This document shows, piece after piece, positions 42,869-58,311 of a DNA stretch of 64,000 nucleotides; position 1 is the first letter of the stretch; every line of letters starts with the position of its first letter. A program made the position numbers and the translations under genes. The DNA comes from Eledone cirrhosa (Eukaryota): assembly GCA_964016885.1 (NCBI GenBank), contig OZ024741.1, forward strand, positions 124,062,001-124,126,000. The letters run 5' to 3'. The notes beneath the pieces were generated by a model. The model made no database searches and had not been told where the DNA came from. It saw nothing but the letters and a program-made list of their open reading frames with translations.

Positions 42869-44094
42869 TTAAATAATCTGGTAATTTTATTCTCAAAATA
42901 TTGTACGTGTAAGGTGGGAAGGTGAATGAGATAATTTAATTCGTCGTATACATTGCTGTGGATTAGACGATTTATGCTCATGAGCAAAATATTCTCCTTG
43001 CAGCCCGTGCTCCGATTTGCGACTGACGGATAGTTTCAGCAATGGAAAAACTAATGAAATTATTTGTATACTCTACCACTATGCCTTGGATGTTGCATGG
43101 TCAAATGTTGAAGACGTTTTCCTCACATCGAATAAAGGACCGCTTCAATACGGCTGCATTTCATATTGGAACACTGTCATTTAACATAGCCTCCTGTAGA
43201 CAAATTTGTTGTTAATTAAATTAGGATGACACGTCGACTATACCTACAATTCAAATGGCCAGTTTTGTTACACATTCTGCCAAGTTGGTTCTCCCTGTAA
43301 TTAAATGTTCACGTGTTTATGGAATGCGCAGCCACATACATTTCCGTTGATTGAACAAATGGGATGTTCGTCGTCGAAACCGACGGAGATCGATCGATCA
43401 TTGCAAAATCTACCATTTTTACATTTCTTGTGGAAATGGAAATGTAGTCAGTAACAGAATATATAACATCGACTCAATATTTTAAGCAAATCCTCAGCCA
43501 ATTAATGATTATCATATAATTACACATTGCTTAAAAACATCATGTATTTTAGTATATATTTCTCATGCTGTGTTTTACTGTAAATAAATAATAATGAAAG
43601 ATAAATATCTGAGAGGATTTCCATAAATTTGAATATACATATTTTAAATATATAATATGACTTTCAATTTCGTTTATTACACACAACAGGAATTTGCTTT
43701 TAAGATTCAAGATGAAAAATATTAGTAATAATAGTAGATAATTAAAATAGATTCTAAATAGAAATTATTTCATTTAACTACTTCATTTAAATACTTAAAT
43801 ACATCATTTAATTTAACAATAATTTAAGAAGAATACTTTGAATGACAAGAAAATAGGTAAATAAATAAATAAAATAGAAAATCAGCTGCTACAAGCTACA
43901 CTTTACATTCGGTCTATTTTATGTCTGGAAAGGAAATGAAATCTTGAGGATAGGATCGAAATAGACTTAACAATTAAACTGCCTAGATAAAGACATAACA
44001 ATTACACCCTCTAACACACACGCACATATACAAACACATATATATGTATTATATATATATTATATATATATATATTATATATATATGTATTATA

Positions 44095-44174
<80 letters not shown>

Positions 44175-44587
44175 TGGCTGCCAACTCGTTTTCGAGTACG
44201 GCCACTACTTTATATCCATGTAGGAGAACTCCTACCGATGCGCTGAATGGGTGTGAGTTCTTAGTACAGCCAACGACTTGAAAACTCTGGTACAAACACT
44301 ACAATTGTGACAATTATTGACACACAGTGCTGGGCCCATGGTACCATGTGACGACAAGTGCAGAGAGATCTCCAGATATAAAGCAATGCCTGTGCCGTGA
44401 AGCTTTTATAGTGAGCAAAGGCACTGCACAAAGCCAGTCCCACTCTCTTAACCAAGATGATATTTACCAAAAAGAAGCACAAGTCAACATCATTGGATAC
44501 CATCAGAGTTGCAGGTGTTATATCGGAGTTTTCCTTCTCCTAGAATTCTGCCTATATTATATATATACACACATATATATACATATA

Positions 44588-44618
<31 letters not shown>

Positions 44619-44655
44619 AGATATATATATTATATATATACACACATATATATAC

Positions 44656-44724
<69 letters not shown>

Positions 44725-44733
44725 TATATATAT

Positions 44734-44768
<35 letters not shown>

Positions 44769-44901
44769 TATATTAGTAGTAGTCTCCTCACTTGAAGGCA
44801 GCCAACCGGACTGAAATCTGCTAAATGTGTAGCCGCTTTCTCGTCTCTCTGCCTTTTCAGCCCCATGGATTAGGTTCATTATATTCTTTGTTAAATTTCG
44901 A

Positions 44902-44959
44902 ATACCTGATGATGTCACCGGATTCATACTGAACCCGGTCATTGAAATGTTCATAGTAT
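44902..44959 (+). ncRNA. Type I hammerhead ribozyme in a (TA)n-flanked insert (44775-45150)
   Basis: ATAC-CTGATGA-..ACCGG/CCGGT..-GAAA-TGTTCA-TA-GTAT, AATAAA at 44960-44965. Confidence 0.75.
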
Positions 44960-45189
44960 AATAAACCTTTAAGGAATTACACCAGTCCAGCCTCCTGTTA
45001 TTGTATAATAATTAACTCCGTACTCGCACCACCAACAACATAAACGAAAACGGGTGACTTGCATTACGTCGAGTGCTCTCCCTAATATTACATCAAGTTT
45101 GACTATACGGAATGAGCAGTTCTATCCAGTGGTGAACCAACAAACCTAAATGTATATATATATATATATATATATCTTTATTTATAAAT

Positions 45190-45257
<68 letters not shown>

Positions 45258-45468
45258 TATTTACGTATCGAGAGAGAGAGAAAAAAAGGGAAAGATAGGT
45301 GATACATATAGTTATTTGCCAAGTAGCGTATGCGAAAGGTGCTCGATACTAGTGCCGGCAGTATTAAATATTCGAAGTGTTAATATTTTTGCGAGCAATG
45401 AACCTTGACGTGCATTTAACCCCAAAAACTCTTTCCGAGGAATGTAAGGAATACTTTTCATTATTTAT

Positions 45469-45508
45469 GCCCTTGAGAAGCCCAACTGGGCGAAACGGAC
45501 GTAGGTGC
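45469..45508 (+). ncRNA. Decayed or variant minimal hammerhead
   Basis: CTTGAGA-A-GCCC(AACT)GGGC-GAAA-CGGACG-TA-GG, core non-canonical; AATAAA at 45516. Confidence 0.5.
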
Positions 45509-45562
45509 TGTTTTAAATAAACATGTTTTAACGGTCTATTTTCCGATTTATTTTTTTCCCAC

Positions 45563-45606
<44 letters not shown>

Positions 45607-45789
45607 GTTATATAGTAAGGTGCATTATTGGTTGTGTAAAATGGTCCAATAACTTTATGTTAACAATATTAAGTTCTCCACGCTTTTGTATATCTCCAAT
45701 TCCATTCAAGGGAACAGCTAGATGATGTAAAACGGTGTATAAGTATCAAAATGAAATTCCGAAGGCATGGTAAAATTCCAATCATTTAA

Positions 45790-45863
45790 TCACGACACAT
45801 GTTTCAATAAGAGATAGATCGATTGTGAAGCCATGATCGATTATCACTGATCTCATCAGGTGA
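45790..45863 (-). ncRNA. Type I hammerhead ribozyme
   Basis: UCAC-CUGAUGA-long helix II-GAAA-CAUGUG-UC-GUGA. Confidence 0.8.
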
Positions 45864-46004
45864 AAATGAATTGTCTTCAAATTCTTGATATGAGGGAGAA
45901 AAAATTAACGATGTTCTCTCACAGAATTCATTCCCTCACATTTCTGTGAGAGAACATCGTTATTTTTTTCTCCCTCATATCAAAAATTTGAAGATAATTC
46001 ATTT

Positions 46005-46078
46005 TCACCTGATGAGATCAGTGATAATCGATCATGGCTTCACAATCGATCTATCTCTTATTGAAACATGGGTCGTGA
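46005..46078 (+). ncRNA. Type I hammerhead ribozyme (inverted arm)
   Basis: TCAC-CTGATGA-...-GAAA-CATGGG-TC-GTGA. Confidence 0.75.
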
Positions 46079-46209
46079 TTAAATGATTGGAATTTTACCA
46101 TGCCTTCGGATTTTCATTTTGATATATATATATATATAAACATTTACTGTATAAATATATTATATATATATATATATAAATATATATATATATCATATAT
46201 ATATATATG

Positions 46210-46293
<84 letters not shown>

Positions 46294-46348
46294 GTATATG
46301 TATATATATATATCAATATATATATATATCATATATATATGTATATGT

Positions 46349-46384
<36 letters not shown>

Positions 46385-46700
46385 CATATAAACAGCGTAA
46401 TTCAGGCTGTTTGTTTGTTTACAAACAAACAAACCGAACATTATAATAAATGTTCGGTAAACTGATACGTGCATATATATATGTGTGCCTGTATGTATAT
46501 ATATACATGCTACTGTACGTCTGTATACATATATGTATGTACGTATACATACATACTTACATTTAAGTAAGTGCCGTACTAAGAGTGAGAAATGAAATTT
46601 CGTTTCATACTATTCCATTTATATATATATATAAATATATATAATATCCATCTATCTATCTCTCTCTCTCTATATCTCTCTCTATATCTCTATCTATATA

Positions 46701-46742
<42 letters not shown>

Positions 46743-46746
46743 AAAT

Positions 46747-47376
46747 AAAGTTAAATTAAGTGTGTCATGTCAGATAGACATGCGCCATATCACCCGTAAA
46801 ATATGCTCCAAGATTCCAATGAATAGATCCGAACATTTTATATCAACTAGAAATTGATTGACATATAAATATATCTAAAATAAACATCTGAAACAATCAC
46901 AGGGGATAATTTGTAAAAGTGTGTAAGCACACACAGCTATATAGGTAACTAAATAAAGTTTAACTAGAACTTCAAAAATAGATACATTATAAATTGAATA
47001 ATCTTCCTTGTATATATTCCATTAAATAAATATATTTCACCAATTAATCGATTGGTAAACGACAGTAGCTAGATCCTGGATTTTCAACAAGGAAGATGAT
47101 TAACTATCTGTGTTTAGACATCAAATTCAAATCAGCGACTAGCCAGTAACACGTGCTGCATTTACTAAAATACACACATGGTACCAGCTTCGTCCCAGTG
47201 GTGTGAATAGGGTTATCGACAACTAGAAATAACAGTCAAGTCCTTTCAATGAGTTAGCTCTACAATTAAGGGTCCCTATTTATATATACCCCAAATTAAG
47301 TTAAATTAAGTGTGTCATGTCAGACATGCGCCAGATCACCCGTAAAATATGCTCCAAGATTCCAATGAATAGATCC
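46747..47376. repeat. Direct repeat of about 80 bp spaced about 550 bp apart
   Basis: 46747-46830 vs 47298-47376 (AAGTTAAATTAAGTGTGTCATGTCAGA...GAATAGATCC). Confidence 0.8.
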
Positions 47377-47479
47377 TAGTAACTCAGTCGTGTTCGAGAA
47401 AGAACCACTTAAAGAAAAAAATTATCTTGCTTGGCGATTTCAATACCATAGCCAGAAAGAACTAGCTCCTGTGGGAAAA

Positions 47480-48560
47480 CGATATGTCTCTAAGTAGATC
47501 ATGTGTCTTTCAATACCAACACTCAGCTCCTGCCCCCAAAGGGCTTTACGATTACGTGGATGCACACATCGGCAAGTCCTTCGGCTTTGACTACATAATT
47601 ACTCGTCAATGTGACGAGATAGACGGCACTATAACAAAGATAGGAAGAAATACTGATCAATACTTGACGGAATCAAACTCTTCATCAGTCGTCCCAGAAT
47701 CTCAGTTCACCGAACATGACCACTTCACTTAAATTTCATCCCGAAGAAGGTATATAGCACATCGAAATTTAAAGCGTATTCCAGAAATACGTCAACAACA
47801 AGCAAGCACATAACCTCGTCAATACCAAGGACTCCAATGAAGAGGGAATAACAATCCAAAATATCATCCAAGACACAATTGGGAACACCATTGGCTCTAT
47901 GAAAAGGAACAAGAATTGGTTTGACAATCTTTTGGGTCTAGCACGCACTATCAAGACCAAAATACTTGTGTAACCTGCTCCAGATTTCTACATCACTATG
48001 TCTAATACACCAGTAGGACAAGCATCCTCTCCATACATTTCAACTTCGTCAAAGACGTCGAGAACCAGATCAATGCTACCCATGAAAAACATGAAATTGC
48101 AAAGCAAGTTGATGATTTATCGAGCCTTGTTTGTTTATACCTTATTCTATGGTTGTGAAACGTAGACTCTGTGCTGCTAGGGTATCTGAAACCTGGAACA
48201 ATTTCATCAACAAAACATCGACCAGTTATTATCATCAAATGAAAAGACTATATCAGCAGCATTGCAGTCATGAATTGAGCGAATGCCAACAGCATTGAGG
48301 TTGGGAAGAAGACGATTTAGACAGAACAACGGTGCGTCATCTTTTCAGGATCGGTACAGAAGTATTTGCTGAAAATCGGTGGGTAACTGCGAAATATAAA
48401 AGGGAACGACGAAACATTCGGCAACTTCAACCAAGGGCTCCCACAGCCAAAAGATGTGACCTCCTTGGAAAACATTTCTGGTGAAAATTGGCCTTTCCAA
48501 GTGTCTGAAACAACGTCATTAATGAGTAAATTTAAATGAAGCAACAATACACCCGGAGAC
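47480..48560 (+). pseudogene. Old, internally deleted RTE LINE
   Basis: DYIITRQ, IGNTIGSMKRNKNWFD, LFYGCET, LEQFHQ motifs. Confidence 0.65.
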
Positions 48561-48580
48561 AAGTTTCATCCACTGACAAA

Positions 48581-49617
<1,037 letters not shown>

Positions 49618-49793
49618 TCGAATAGGGTAGTTATTTAACCCATAAATGGAGCCCTAACAGGTACTACCACCCCGGGCCAGGGCAGACCTGGGAGTCATGA
49701 CAACTAAGGGGCAACTCCACATTCCCCACATCTCCTGAACTCCCGAACTGGAGCCTTGCCACTGGATGTAGTTTAATGTCATACCCAGGACAT

Positions 49794-52007
49794 TTCAGTA
49801 CACTGGGTAGTGACCACCGGCTTGTTATGAGTGAGGTCCGCGTGAGCTTAAGAAAGAGCAAAGTTCAGCCCCGGAGAACAATCTATGACTGGGGTGCTTT
49901 CAAGGAAGATGATAAGCTACAGGAGAGGTTCACAGTGGAAGTGAGAAACAGGTTTAGTGCTCTGTGTGGAGAGTCAGAGGAGAGAGAGATTGGATGGACT
50001 GAGAGTATGACGAGGAGGTACGGGCACTTCACCAATGCAGTGGCGGAAGCAAGTGAAACCCTGGTACCGAGGAAAAAGAACAAAGGGAAGCACGTCAGCT
50101 CTGCAAACCCAAAAGTGTGTGCATCCAGAGAACACCTGAAAGCTGCCAGGGACCAATTCTATGCTGATCCTACGGAGGAGAGGATGGAGACTGTGGAGGT
50201 GATGATGGAAGAGCTCTGTACCGCTTACACTGAGGTCAGAGAGGAGCCACTGATAGAGAAGATCAGAAGTGTGGAGAGAGCGGTTGACAGATCTGGATGT
50301 AAGGAGAGCTGGATGATCATCACCGAGATCACAGGGAGGAAGAGAAGGTGTTCGAGTCAGATCCAGGGAACGGGGCCCGAGGATAGGAAGAAATGGCTAG
50401 ACCATTTTAGGACCCTACTAGGAGAGCCACCCTCCACAGCCCAGAGCACTGGGGAGATCAGGCGGCTGTTTGAGGAACTGGATGTTGAGACAGAGCCCTT
50501 CACCAGAGAGGAGCTTCAAAGAGCCAAGAAGAGGATCAAGGAGGGCAAGGCTCATGGAGAAGATGGAGTGGCATCAGAGGTGATGAAGAGGTGTGATTTT
50601 GATGATATCATCCTGGGGTTCTGTAACGGGGCACTGGAGAAAGGAGTTGCCCCGAATCAGTGGAGGATCAGTAACATCGTCCCAGTGCCAAAGAAGGGAG
50701 ATCTCTCTAACACCAACAACTACCGGGGGATCTCACTGACGTCACTTGTGGCAAAGACCCTCAACAGGATGATTCTTAACAGGATCCAGCCTGAGATGGA
50801 GAAGAAGCTCAGGGACAACCAGAACGGCTTCAGAGAGGATACATCAACCACCAGTCACATCCTGATGCTGAGGAAGATATTAGAGGGAGCTAGAGCAAAG
50901 TGCCTTCCTGCGGTCATGGTTTTCATTGACTTTAGGAAGGCCTTTGATTCTGTGGACCGTTACTGCCTGATGAAGATCTTACAGGCTTATGGAATCCCCA
51001 AGAAGATAGTGAACCTGATATCACTGCTCTACACCAACACCAAAGCCCAAGTCATTACACCTGATGGTATGACAGAGTTCTTTGAGATAATGGCTGGAGT
51101 GTTCCAGGGAGATACATTGGCTCCCTACCTTTTTATCATCGTAGTGGACTATTGTATGCGCCTTGCACTGGAGAAACACCAGGACTCTGGCTTTACTGTA
51201 GCACCGGCTCAGAGCAGGAGAGTTAGGGCGAAAAAGGTATCGGATGCTGAATTTGCCGACGACATAGGTTTGGTGACAAATACAGTGAAGGAGGCAGAGG
51301 ATTTGATGCGGGAGGTTGAGACTGTGTCGATGAGTGTGGGGCTGAGAATGAATGAGACTAAAACAAAATATCTGGTAGAGAATGTTGAGAAGCCAGAGGG
51401 GATCACTAATGTAGGCGGGAAGCCGCTGGAATTGGTTGAGGACATCCTGTATTTGGGAGCAAAGATTTGGAATACGGAGATGATGTGATTGAGAGGAAGA
51501 GCAAGGCCTGGGCGGCGTGCCACAGCTTGAGATCGGTGTGGAAGTCGGACCTTCGTAGAGACCTGAAAATCCGCCTCTTCATTGCTGTAGTGGAGTCTGT
51601 GCTGCTGTATGGGTCTGAGACTTGGACACTGACCAAGAAACTCACTCAGATGGTGGATGGGTGCTACACGAGAATGCTGAGGATGGCTCTGAACATTTAT
51701 CAGTATACACTGAGGATTAAAAACTCAGAGCTGTATGGGAGCATCCCAAAAGTCAGCTCAAAAGTGACACAGAGGAGACTGAGGTTGGCTGGACATGCTC
51801 ACCGACATCCAGAGTTGACATTGCACTCAGTGCTCCTTTGGGAGCCCCGACATGGACACACTAGAAGAGGAAGACCAAGGTTAACGTATGTTGATGCCCT
51901 AAGGACAGACACTGGTCTGTTGGAGATGCAGGACATGGCAGCGATAATGAGGGACAGAGACCGCTGGAGAGAACTCGTCCATGGATCTCGGGAATTTTAC
52001 CCGCCTT

Positions 52008-52009
<2 letters not shown>
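49794..52009 (+). pseudogene. Reverse transcriptase part of the RTE ORF, one frameshift near 51470
   Basis: GSDHRLV, PVPKKGD, NYRGISL, QNGFR, FIDFRKAFDSV, GVFQGDTLAPYLF, EFADD, LLYGSETW, RLRLAGH, RGRPR. Confidence 0.93.
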
Positions 52010-52081
<72 letters not shown>

Positions 52082-52284
52082 GGATGTGTGTCTGTGTGTC
52101 TGTGTGGTGAGGTTGTAAAATATAAAATTGGAAAAGCACATGATTATATTTAACGATTCTTCCTACAGAATATATTTATATTTGCTACATGTAATGGATT
52201 TAAGTTTTATCAAATATTACCCGTTTCAATTGGTATGTCAATTATATCAAATATTAAAAAAAGCGTCGGTAGTTGGAACATATA

Positions 52285-52477
52285 ATATGTATAAAAGATT
52301 TAATATAGAAATTGCTTCTACAAGTGTAGAACTGTTTCATTCGAAGGAAACATCAGGGCTTTTCTGATGACTTCATACGAATGAAACAGTTGTAGTTTTA
52401 GTACTGTAGAAGCCGTTTCTATAATATTAAATCTCTTATACACACTACTATGATTGAATACCTTACTTTCTGTGGTC

Positions 52478-52480
<3 letters not shown>
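52285..52480 (+). mobile_element. Fold-back mini-element with back-to-back hammerheads
   Basis: - strand degenerate copy 52314-52356 abutting + copy 52357-52414; tail CTATGATTGAATACCTTACT. Confidence 0.75.
52357..52414 (+). ncRNA. Type I hammerhead ribozyme
   Basis: GGCTTT(T)-CTGATGA-C-TTC(ATAC)GAA-T-GAAA-CAGT...ACTG-TA-GAAGCC. Confidence 0.8.
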
Positions 52481-52509
<29 letters not shown>

Positions 52510-55168
52510 GGGATCTACTACAACAAAATTAAATAACAATACATAGTATATGATAATTACAAAACGCAAATGTAAAACCAGGAATATATGTGTCCAATTC
52601 AACATGTAGTGTTAAATAGAATATAAAGAGACATATATATATGTGTATTGATATATATTGATGAATATGAAACGGATTGGATATTAAGAGAAATTGTGGA
52701 ACCGTAGATTAACCAGGTTAAATATATGTTGAACAGATGTATTCAATGATGAAAATATTCTAAAAATACATTAAATAATGAACAAGACCAGAGAAATATA
52801 AAAAGAAATAGAGAAGGCATAATGAAAAGAGAGAGCGGAGATGGAGGGACAAAGTCTAAATACCTGTTTGTGGGGAGCGCCTGAACTGAGACCATGATAA
52901 GATGGCAAAGAATTGATTCGGAGAAGAGCGAAGGACACTCGCTACTACATTAGCGATTCTACCCTTACTCACTCCTTCCTTATGTGGGATGCACCCCTTT
53001 TGTTTTTCTGGATGAAAACTGCAGACATCTCCCGACGAACAGCGGAGGTCTTGGCGGAGACAGTCACAGAAAGGATGCAGTCGGTCAGGTCTCAGTAGTT
53101 TTTCATGTTTGCTCCTCCTGCTTAAGGGCGACGGTTCTTGGGTTAGTGTATGAAACAACAATGTCAGGTGATAATGTCTATCACTGCATGTAAAAAGATC
53201 GAAATATGGACCTCATTTGAAGGATAAGTGAGCTTCAAAATATCCGTTCAGATGTTTATAACAATGTGTCTTAATAATTTCAAACACCATTTCAGAACTT
53301 TCAGTGGTGCAATAGTGCATGTTATTTTATTCCTAGTAAATTAAATAACCTCTACCATCTGAATTTATAATTGATATTGTTTGTTATGTTTTCAAGATAA
53401 ATAATTTCGAAGGATAATATACAGTTAATTCTATCTTAAACGCTTGTGAATGGTGCCGGTGTTATCTAGGATTAAAATGATCGACGTAAAACTTATTTCA
53501 GCTACAGAAATGTTATTTATTCCACCGTTGCTTGGTACACAGTCTCGGTGGTGACATTTACGCTCGAAGAAGTCAGTTATTAGGATCATTCCGATTACTA
53601 ATAATAAAACTATATTTGGATGCTACTGGATTAAGCTTGAATGTTTGCAGTTAGCTAACGTCCATGTTTCTGAATAGGAAATATTGATTTTATGTCTCTT
53701 CAATTGTTTATAATATTTATGTTGCAGTGGGAATATTTCTTTCAAAGTTTTAAGAATAGTTTCGTTGCTGATGTTACAGCAGAGCAGTTAGTCGTGTCAT
53801 GTAAAGTTTGTTCACTAGCAGAGTAGTTGGTTAATCCAAGAGAAACATTCTAATCTAAATTATTCATTATATTCATAAGTTAAGTACGGTATTTATGAAT
53901 ATATATTGTAGTGTCTTGTGTCTCGCATACGAAGAATATAGCATTTAATGTAGATTCACATAGATACCTACCAAGTTAAAATCAAAGAACCCAAAAGTGT
54001 ATTCAGTTTACAAACTTTCGTTTTGTATTTTATCTTTTAATTCATTGTGGCCTTTTAATTGTATCTTCTGAATGTAATTTCTTAATTGTAGGAAATGTAA
54101 ATCTCAAAATGTTTGTTTATTTAGAAGGGGAAATGTATTAACCTTCAATAGGTATATTTTGCTATTTTGGTAAAAAAAAGCAAGCAATTTAACCGATTGA
54201 AGAAATGGCATTTTTCTACATTAGAGATATGAAGAGCTTTTTGTTTGAAAGTAAAACAATAGTACAACACATGTTTTCATTCAGCGTGTCTCGATTCTAT
54301 GAAATATTTGAATGGTTAAGCAATTCGCCTCGCAATCATTAGGTCCCGGATTCGATCTCACTGCCTAATGTAATTTACCATATCTTCTGGTAGATCCAGA
54401 TTTGTTAATGAAATCGAGTATACAGAAACTGTACTGGAAACACGTCGGATATAATCGAAATGACCAGACTTGTCACCCATTCTGTCAATCCTTGGGAATT
54501 ATGTTACATATATACGTGTCTGTGGTATTCTCAGCCATTCATACTTTAATTACATGTAAAGATTGTTCTATTCGTGGAAGAAGTGAAGCACGCATTGTCG
54601 AAACCGACAGAAGTCCATTCCAAATTAAAATAAGAGTTTATGTTTCCAGATTTATGGAAGTATAGTTGTTAGCCATAGCCAGTGAACAGTAAGAATTAAT
54701 TAAATATTATGATAGCTCTGGCAAAGGAAGTCGAAGTATAATTAAAGATGAATTTTGAATTTTCGAGAAACCCCATAAAGCCGGAAGAAACGTAGTTTTA
54801 ATAGATATGTCAAGAGGAAATAATGTTAATGATATAATGTATGAATATTTCGGTAACAGCGGGAATCAACCAATGGAAGGTTGTTAAGCTTTTTCTGTCG
54901 CTTGTTCTGTCTATCTGAATTGTTAAACATCAGGTTGATGTTCCCTCTTAGTCCTAACGGACAAAATTAATATAATCATAATTAAGACATACGTAGATAA
55001 TTGAATAATAAGATGAGCGAGCTGAATTATAAACAATCATATTAGCACCTGAACCAATAAAGAGACGGAGCTTCCTTCTAAATAGATTTTAGAGAGGGAA
55101 ATCAAAGGCGACATAGATGTAATAAATATCGTAAAATTATCAAATAATTACCACTAAATGTCAACAAC

Positions 55169-55206
<38 letters not shown>

Positions 55207-56509
55207 TAATAATAAGAATGCCATTTACTTGAGAGTAAATTTATGATAGTTCACAAATTATAATTAACGCAGACAAGGGGTATGAAATTACCAATATCTG
55301 TGAACATCCAATAGAACAGCTTGTTTATGAAATTTCAAATGACCGAGCATTCCATACACACAATCCTTTCAGTTAATGCCTGGTATTTGATCATTTACTT
55401 AAAATATTAATCACTTTTACACATACGATTGCTTGTTGTACGATGACTTTACAACCATATATATTATTTAGTGTATATATTAATGTGGGGCGGTCGTGTT
55501 TTCGGCTCATGATTTTAACGTTATGAGCTCAATTGAGCAAGATGCTTTATATACCGTTCTCCTGATAATTGTACTGCCAAACATGAATTCTAACCGTAAT
55601 TCAGAGAGCAATCCTGTGTTACACTGCATCTCCCCGAGAACAACGTTAAGGATGCATGTGTCTGTAGAAGTCGTGGCTACTTTAATTTCACAAACAGGCT
55701 GTCATGTGCGACCATTTGGAATACATGGCATCGGAACTTACGGAAGTACAAGAACATATTATGCACACTTCAAGTATGAAAGGTGAAGTCAACTACGCTA
55801 TAATGTGAACATCGAGCGTAAAGAAGTTTAAGGAGGAAATGAAAACAATTAGTTAGACCAATATCTCACCATTACCCCCATCCTGTTCACTCTCCAACAT
55901 TTAAGTGTTAAGCGTTAAATCAAAATTAGATTTCTTCCGTTGGAACAAGATGCCAAACGTTTGTGAGAAAGAGTTATCTCGATTTAATCACCCTCAATAC
56001 TCATGCACTCACCTATATATACGAACAATACTTACACAAACACATACATCTACACTACTACTTCAGGGCTTCACCGTTACGAAACTGAGAATTTGTATTT
56101 CACTTCTATCGAAGTTTTGATGTAATCTCAAGGAAAATAATGAGTTGTCAGCCAGTTCCAAACCTCCTTTAGAAATATTTGTTCTCATGGTTTTATTTGT
56201 CTATCTAAATACAAAAGGATTAAAAAATCGGCGAGAAATGGATCACTAACACACATTCTTTTTAAGTCAAACACGGATTACAAAACTCAAAATGATGGAC
56301 TGCACAGGAAAATTTCACGTGATTAATGCAACTACATGAGGAAATAATTTGAAATATTTGTGCGAAATAATCAAAGATTACATCTATGGAGAAACGTGCT
56401 TAATCAATGCCAATACTTTCTTTCATAATACATTATAACCATTAGGTCACGCATTTAATCAAACTGTGTGCCATCTTGGACGAATGTCATAATTTACAGC
56501 ATTATTGGG

Positions 56510-57175
56510 TCGGTGGATTAAGATTACCGGCAACATGTTTCACGGCATATAGTTACGTTTCTATACGTCTGAGTTCAAATCGCGTCGGGTTTAGTTTTGT
56601 CTTTCATACTTACTGGGTCGATAAAATAAAGTACCTGTAACGCGCTGAGGGTAGATAATTGAATTTCCCCCCTCCATCGAAATTGTTGTCCTTGTGCCTA
56701 AATCAAAAAATATTATTTAAAGTGTTACTGAGAGTGATGAATTGGAGGTATCTGTAGAGCGTCGGAAAACATGCTTTGGGTATAGAGTTACAGCCCTTTA
56801 CGTTCTGAGTTCAAATTCCGCCGAGTTTAGCTTTGTCTTTCATTCTTACGTGTTCGATAAAATAATGTACCAGTCACGCTTTGGAGTCGATTTAATTTAC
56901 TTTTTCCTCCCACCAAATTTTTGCCCTTTTGCTTAAATCGGAAACCATTATCATCTCATTTAAGGTGATGGGTTGACACAAATGGTAGAGTATCGGACAA
57001 CATGCTTTGTTGCATACGACCATTTACGTTCTGAGTTCAAATACTGCCGAGGTTAGCTTTGTCTTTCTTCCTTACAGATCGATAGAATAAAGCTCCACAA
57101 ATTCTGTGGGGTCGATTTAATCGACTTCCCTCGCTTCCAAAATTGTTGGACTTATGCATAAACAAGAAACCATAA
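56510..57175 (+). mobile_element. Three head-to-tail diverged SINE copies
   Basis: TCTGAGTTCAAAT...GATAAAATAA repeated at about 56570, 56803 and 57030. Confidence 0.8.
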
Positions 57176-57935
57176 TCTATGTGGTGACTAAATAGTTGTG
57201 AGTGAAATCGGGTAAAAAGACATTGTGCTGAAGCCCATCGACAGGATTTTATCAAATGTTAAATAAGACTTCTTCAGTCGAGATTACCGTTCTTTCTAAT
57301 CGCCCATTCACATGTCAGATTGTCAGTGCCAACATATGCATTGAAGTGCACCATTAATATTGTCGCATATTTTGGTTTGGAAATTACGTCAATGATACAT
57401 GTATTTGTGAAATACTGAATCACTTGCAGATTAGTTCATTCTAACGGAGGTGTAGTAAAGCTCTCACTAATGATGATACACGGTTGTTGTGGTGACATTA
57501 TATAATTTATTAATCATTCGATTCAAACTCATATCCTATTTCGATTTTTTTAACATCGATGACTCACGTATTTTGATAAATATACTTTATTCTTCTCTGG
57601 TTCCCTTGGCGTAAAGATAACTGCATCATAAACATTTAGCAAGGATGTTTTGTTTAGTAAATATTGTTTAAATAACGACAAATTTAAAATATATAAACAA
57701 ATAAATTGGTGTGTGAAATTGAAGACGTGAGTGTGTGGATATGAGAATCACGTCGAAACCACAGAGTTTCGGATTCCCTCCAACTCCGAGGGTCCTCCTT
57801 GGTCAAGTGACTTCTATTATAGACTCAGATTGACCAATGCCTTTTGAGTGCGACTTGATAGAAAGAAACTGTAAAAAATCACATAGCACACACACATACA
57901 CATACATAAATAAATAAATACATATATATACATAT

Positions 57936-57979
<44 letters not shown>

Positions 57980-57984
<5 letters not shown>

Positions 57985-58160
57985 TAGGTACTCAATACAT
58001 TAGTAGTGGAAGCATCTCTATTTAATATAGAAATTATTTCTACGTAACTAGAACTGTTTCATTCGTATGAAATCATGAGGAATGTCAAGACTTTCCTGGT
58101 GTTTTCATACGAAGGAAACAATTCTAGTGCTGTAGAAGTAATAGTATATTAAATAAAGAT
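57980..58160 (-). mobile_element. Decayed fold-back of the 52285 family
   Basis: Inverted CTGTTTCATTCGTATGAAA / TTTCATACGAAGGAAACA arms, tail AGGTACTCAATACAT. Confidence 0.65.
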
Positions 58161-58271
58161 ACATAGAAATGTTGTATTCCGAAAGAAATACGGTTTTAGG
58201 AAGCCGTAGCTATGCGAACATCGGGGGGCTAACGCCCTCTGGTGTTGTCCAGCAGAAGTAAGGAGGACAAA

Positions 58272-58311
58272 CGACTATGCATTTCAGGCTTGACTGGCCA
58301 TCTTCAGGACG
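58272..58311 (-). ncRNA. Minimal hammerhead (inverted copy)
   Basis: CGUC-CUGAAGA-U-GGC..GCC-U-GAAA-UGCA-UA-GUCG. Confidence 0.7.

Larger units (their letters stand above)
45603..46123 (-). mobile_element. Fold-back mini-element with hammerheads
   Basis: IR 45745-45926/45942-46123, tail 45603-45745, (TA)n flanks. Confidence 0.85.

Noticed and set aside
44327-44470. Possible Penelope GIY-YIG C-terminus (CLCREAFI..SLNQDD)
   Set aside because: Resemblance too short and degenerate to call
49620-49793. HDV-like ribozyme in the RTE 5' UTR
   Set aside because: Known in some RTEs, but I could not build the nested double pseudoknot here; the extreme 5' end may be lost at the inversion junction
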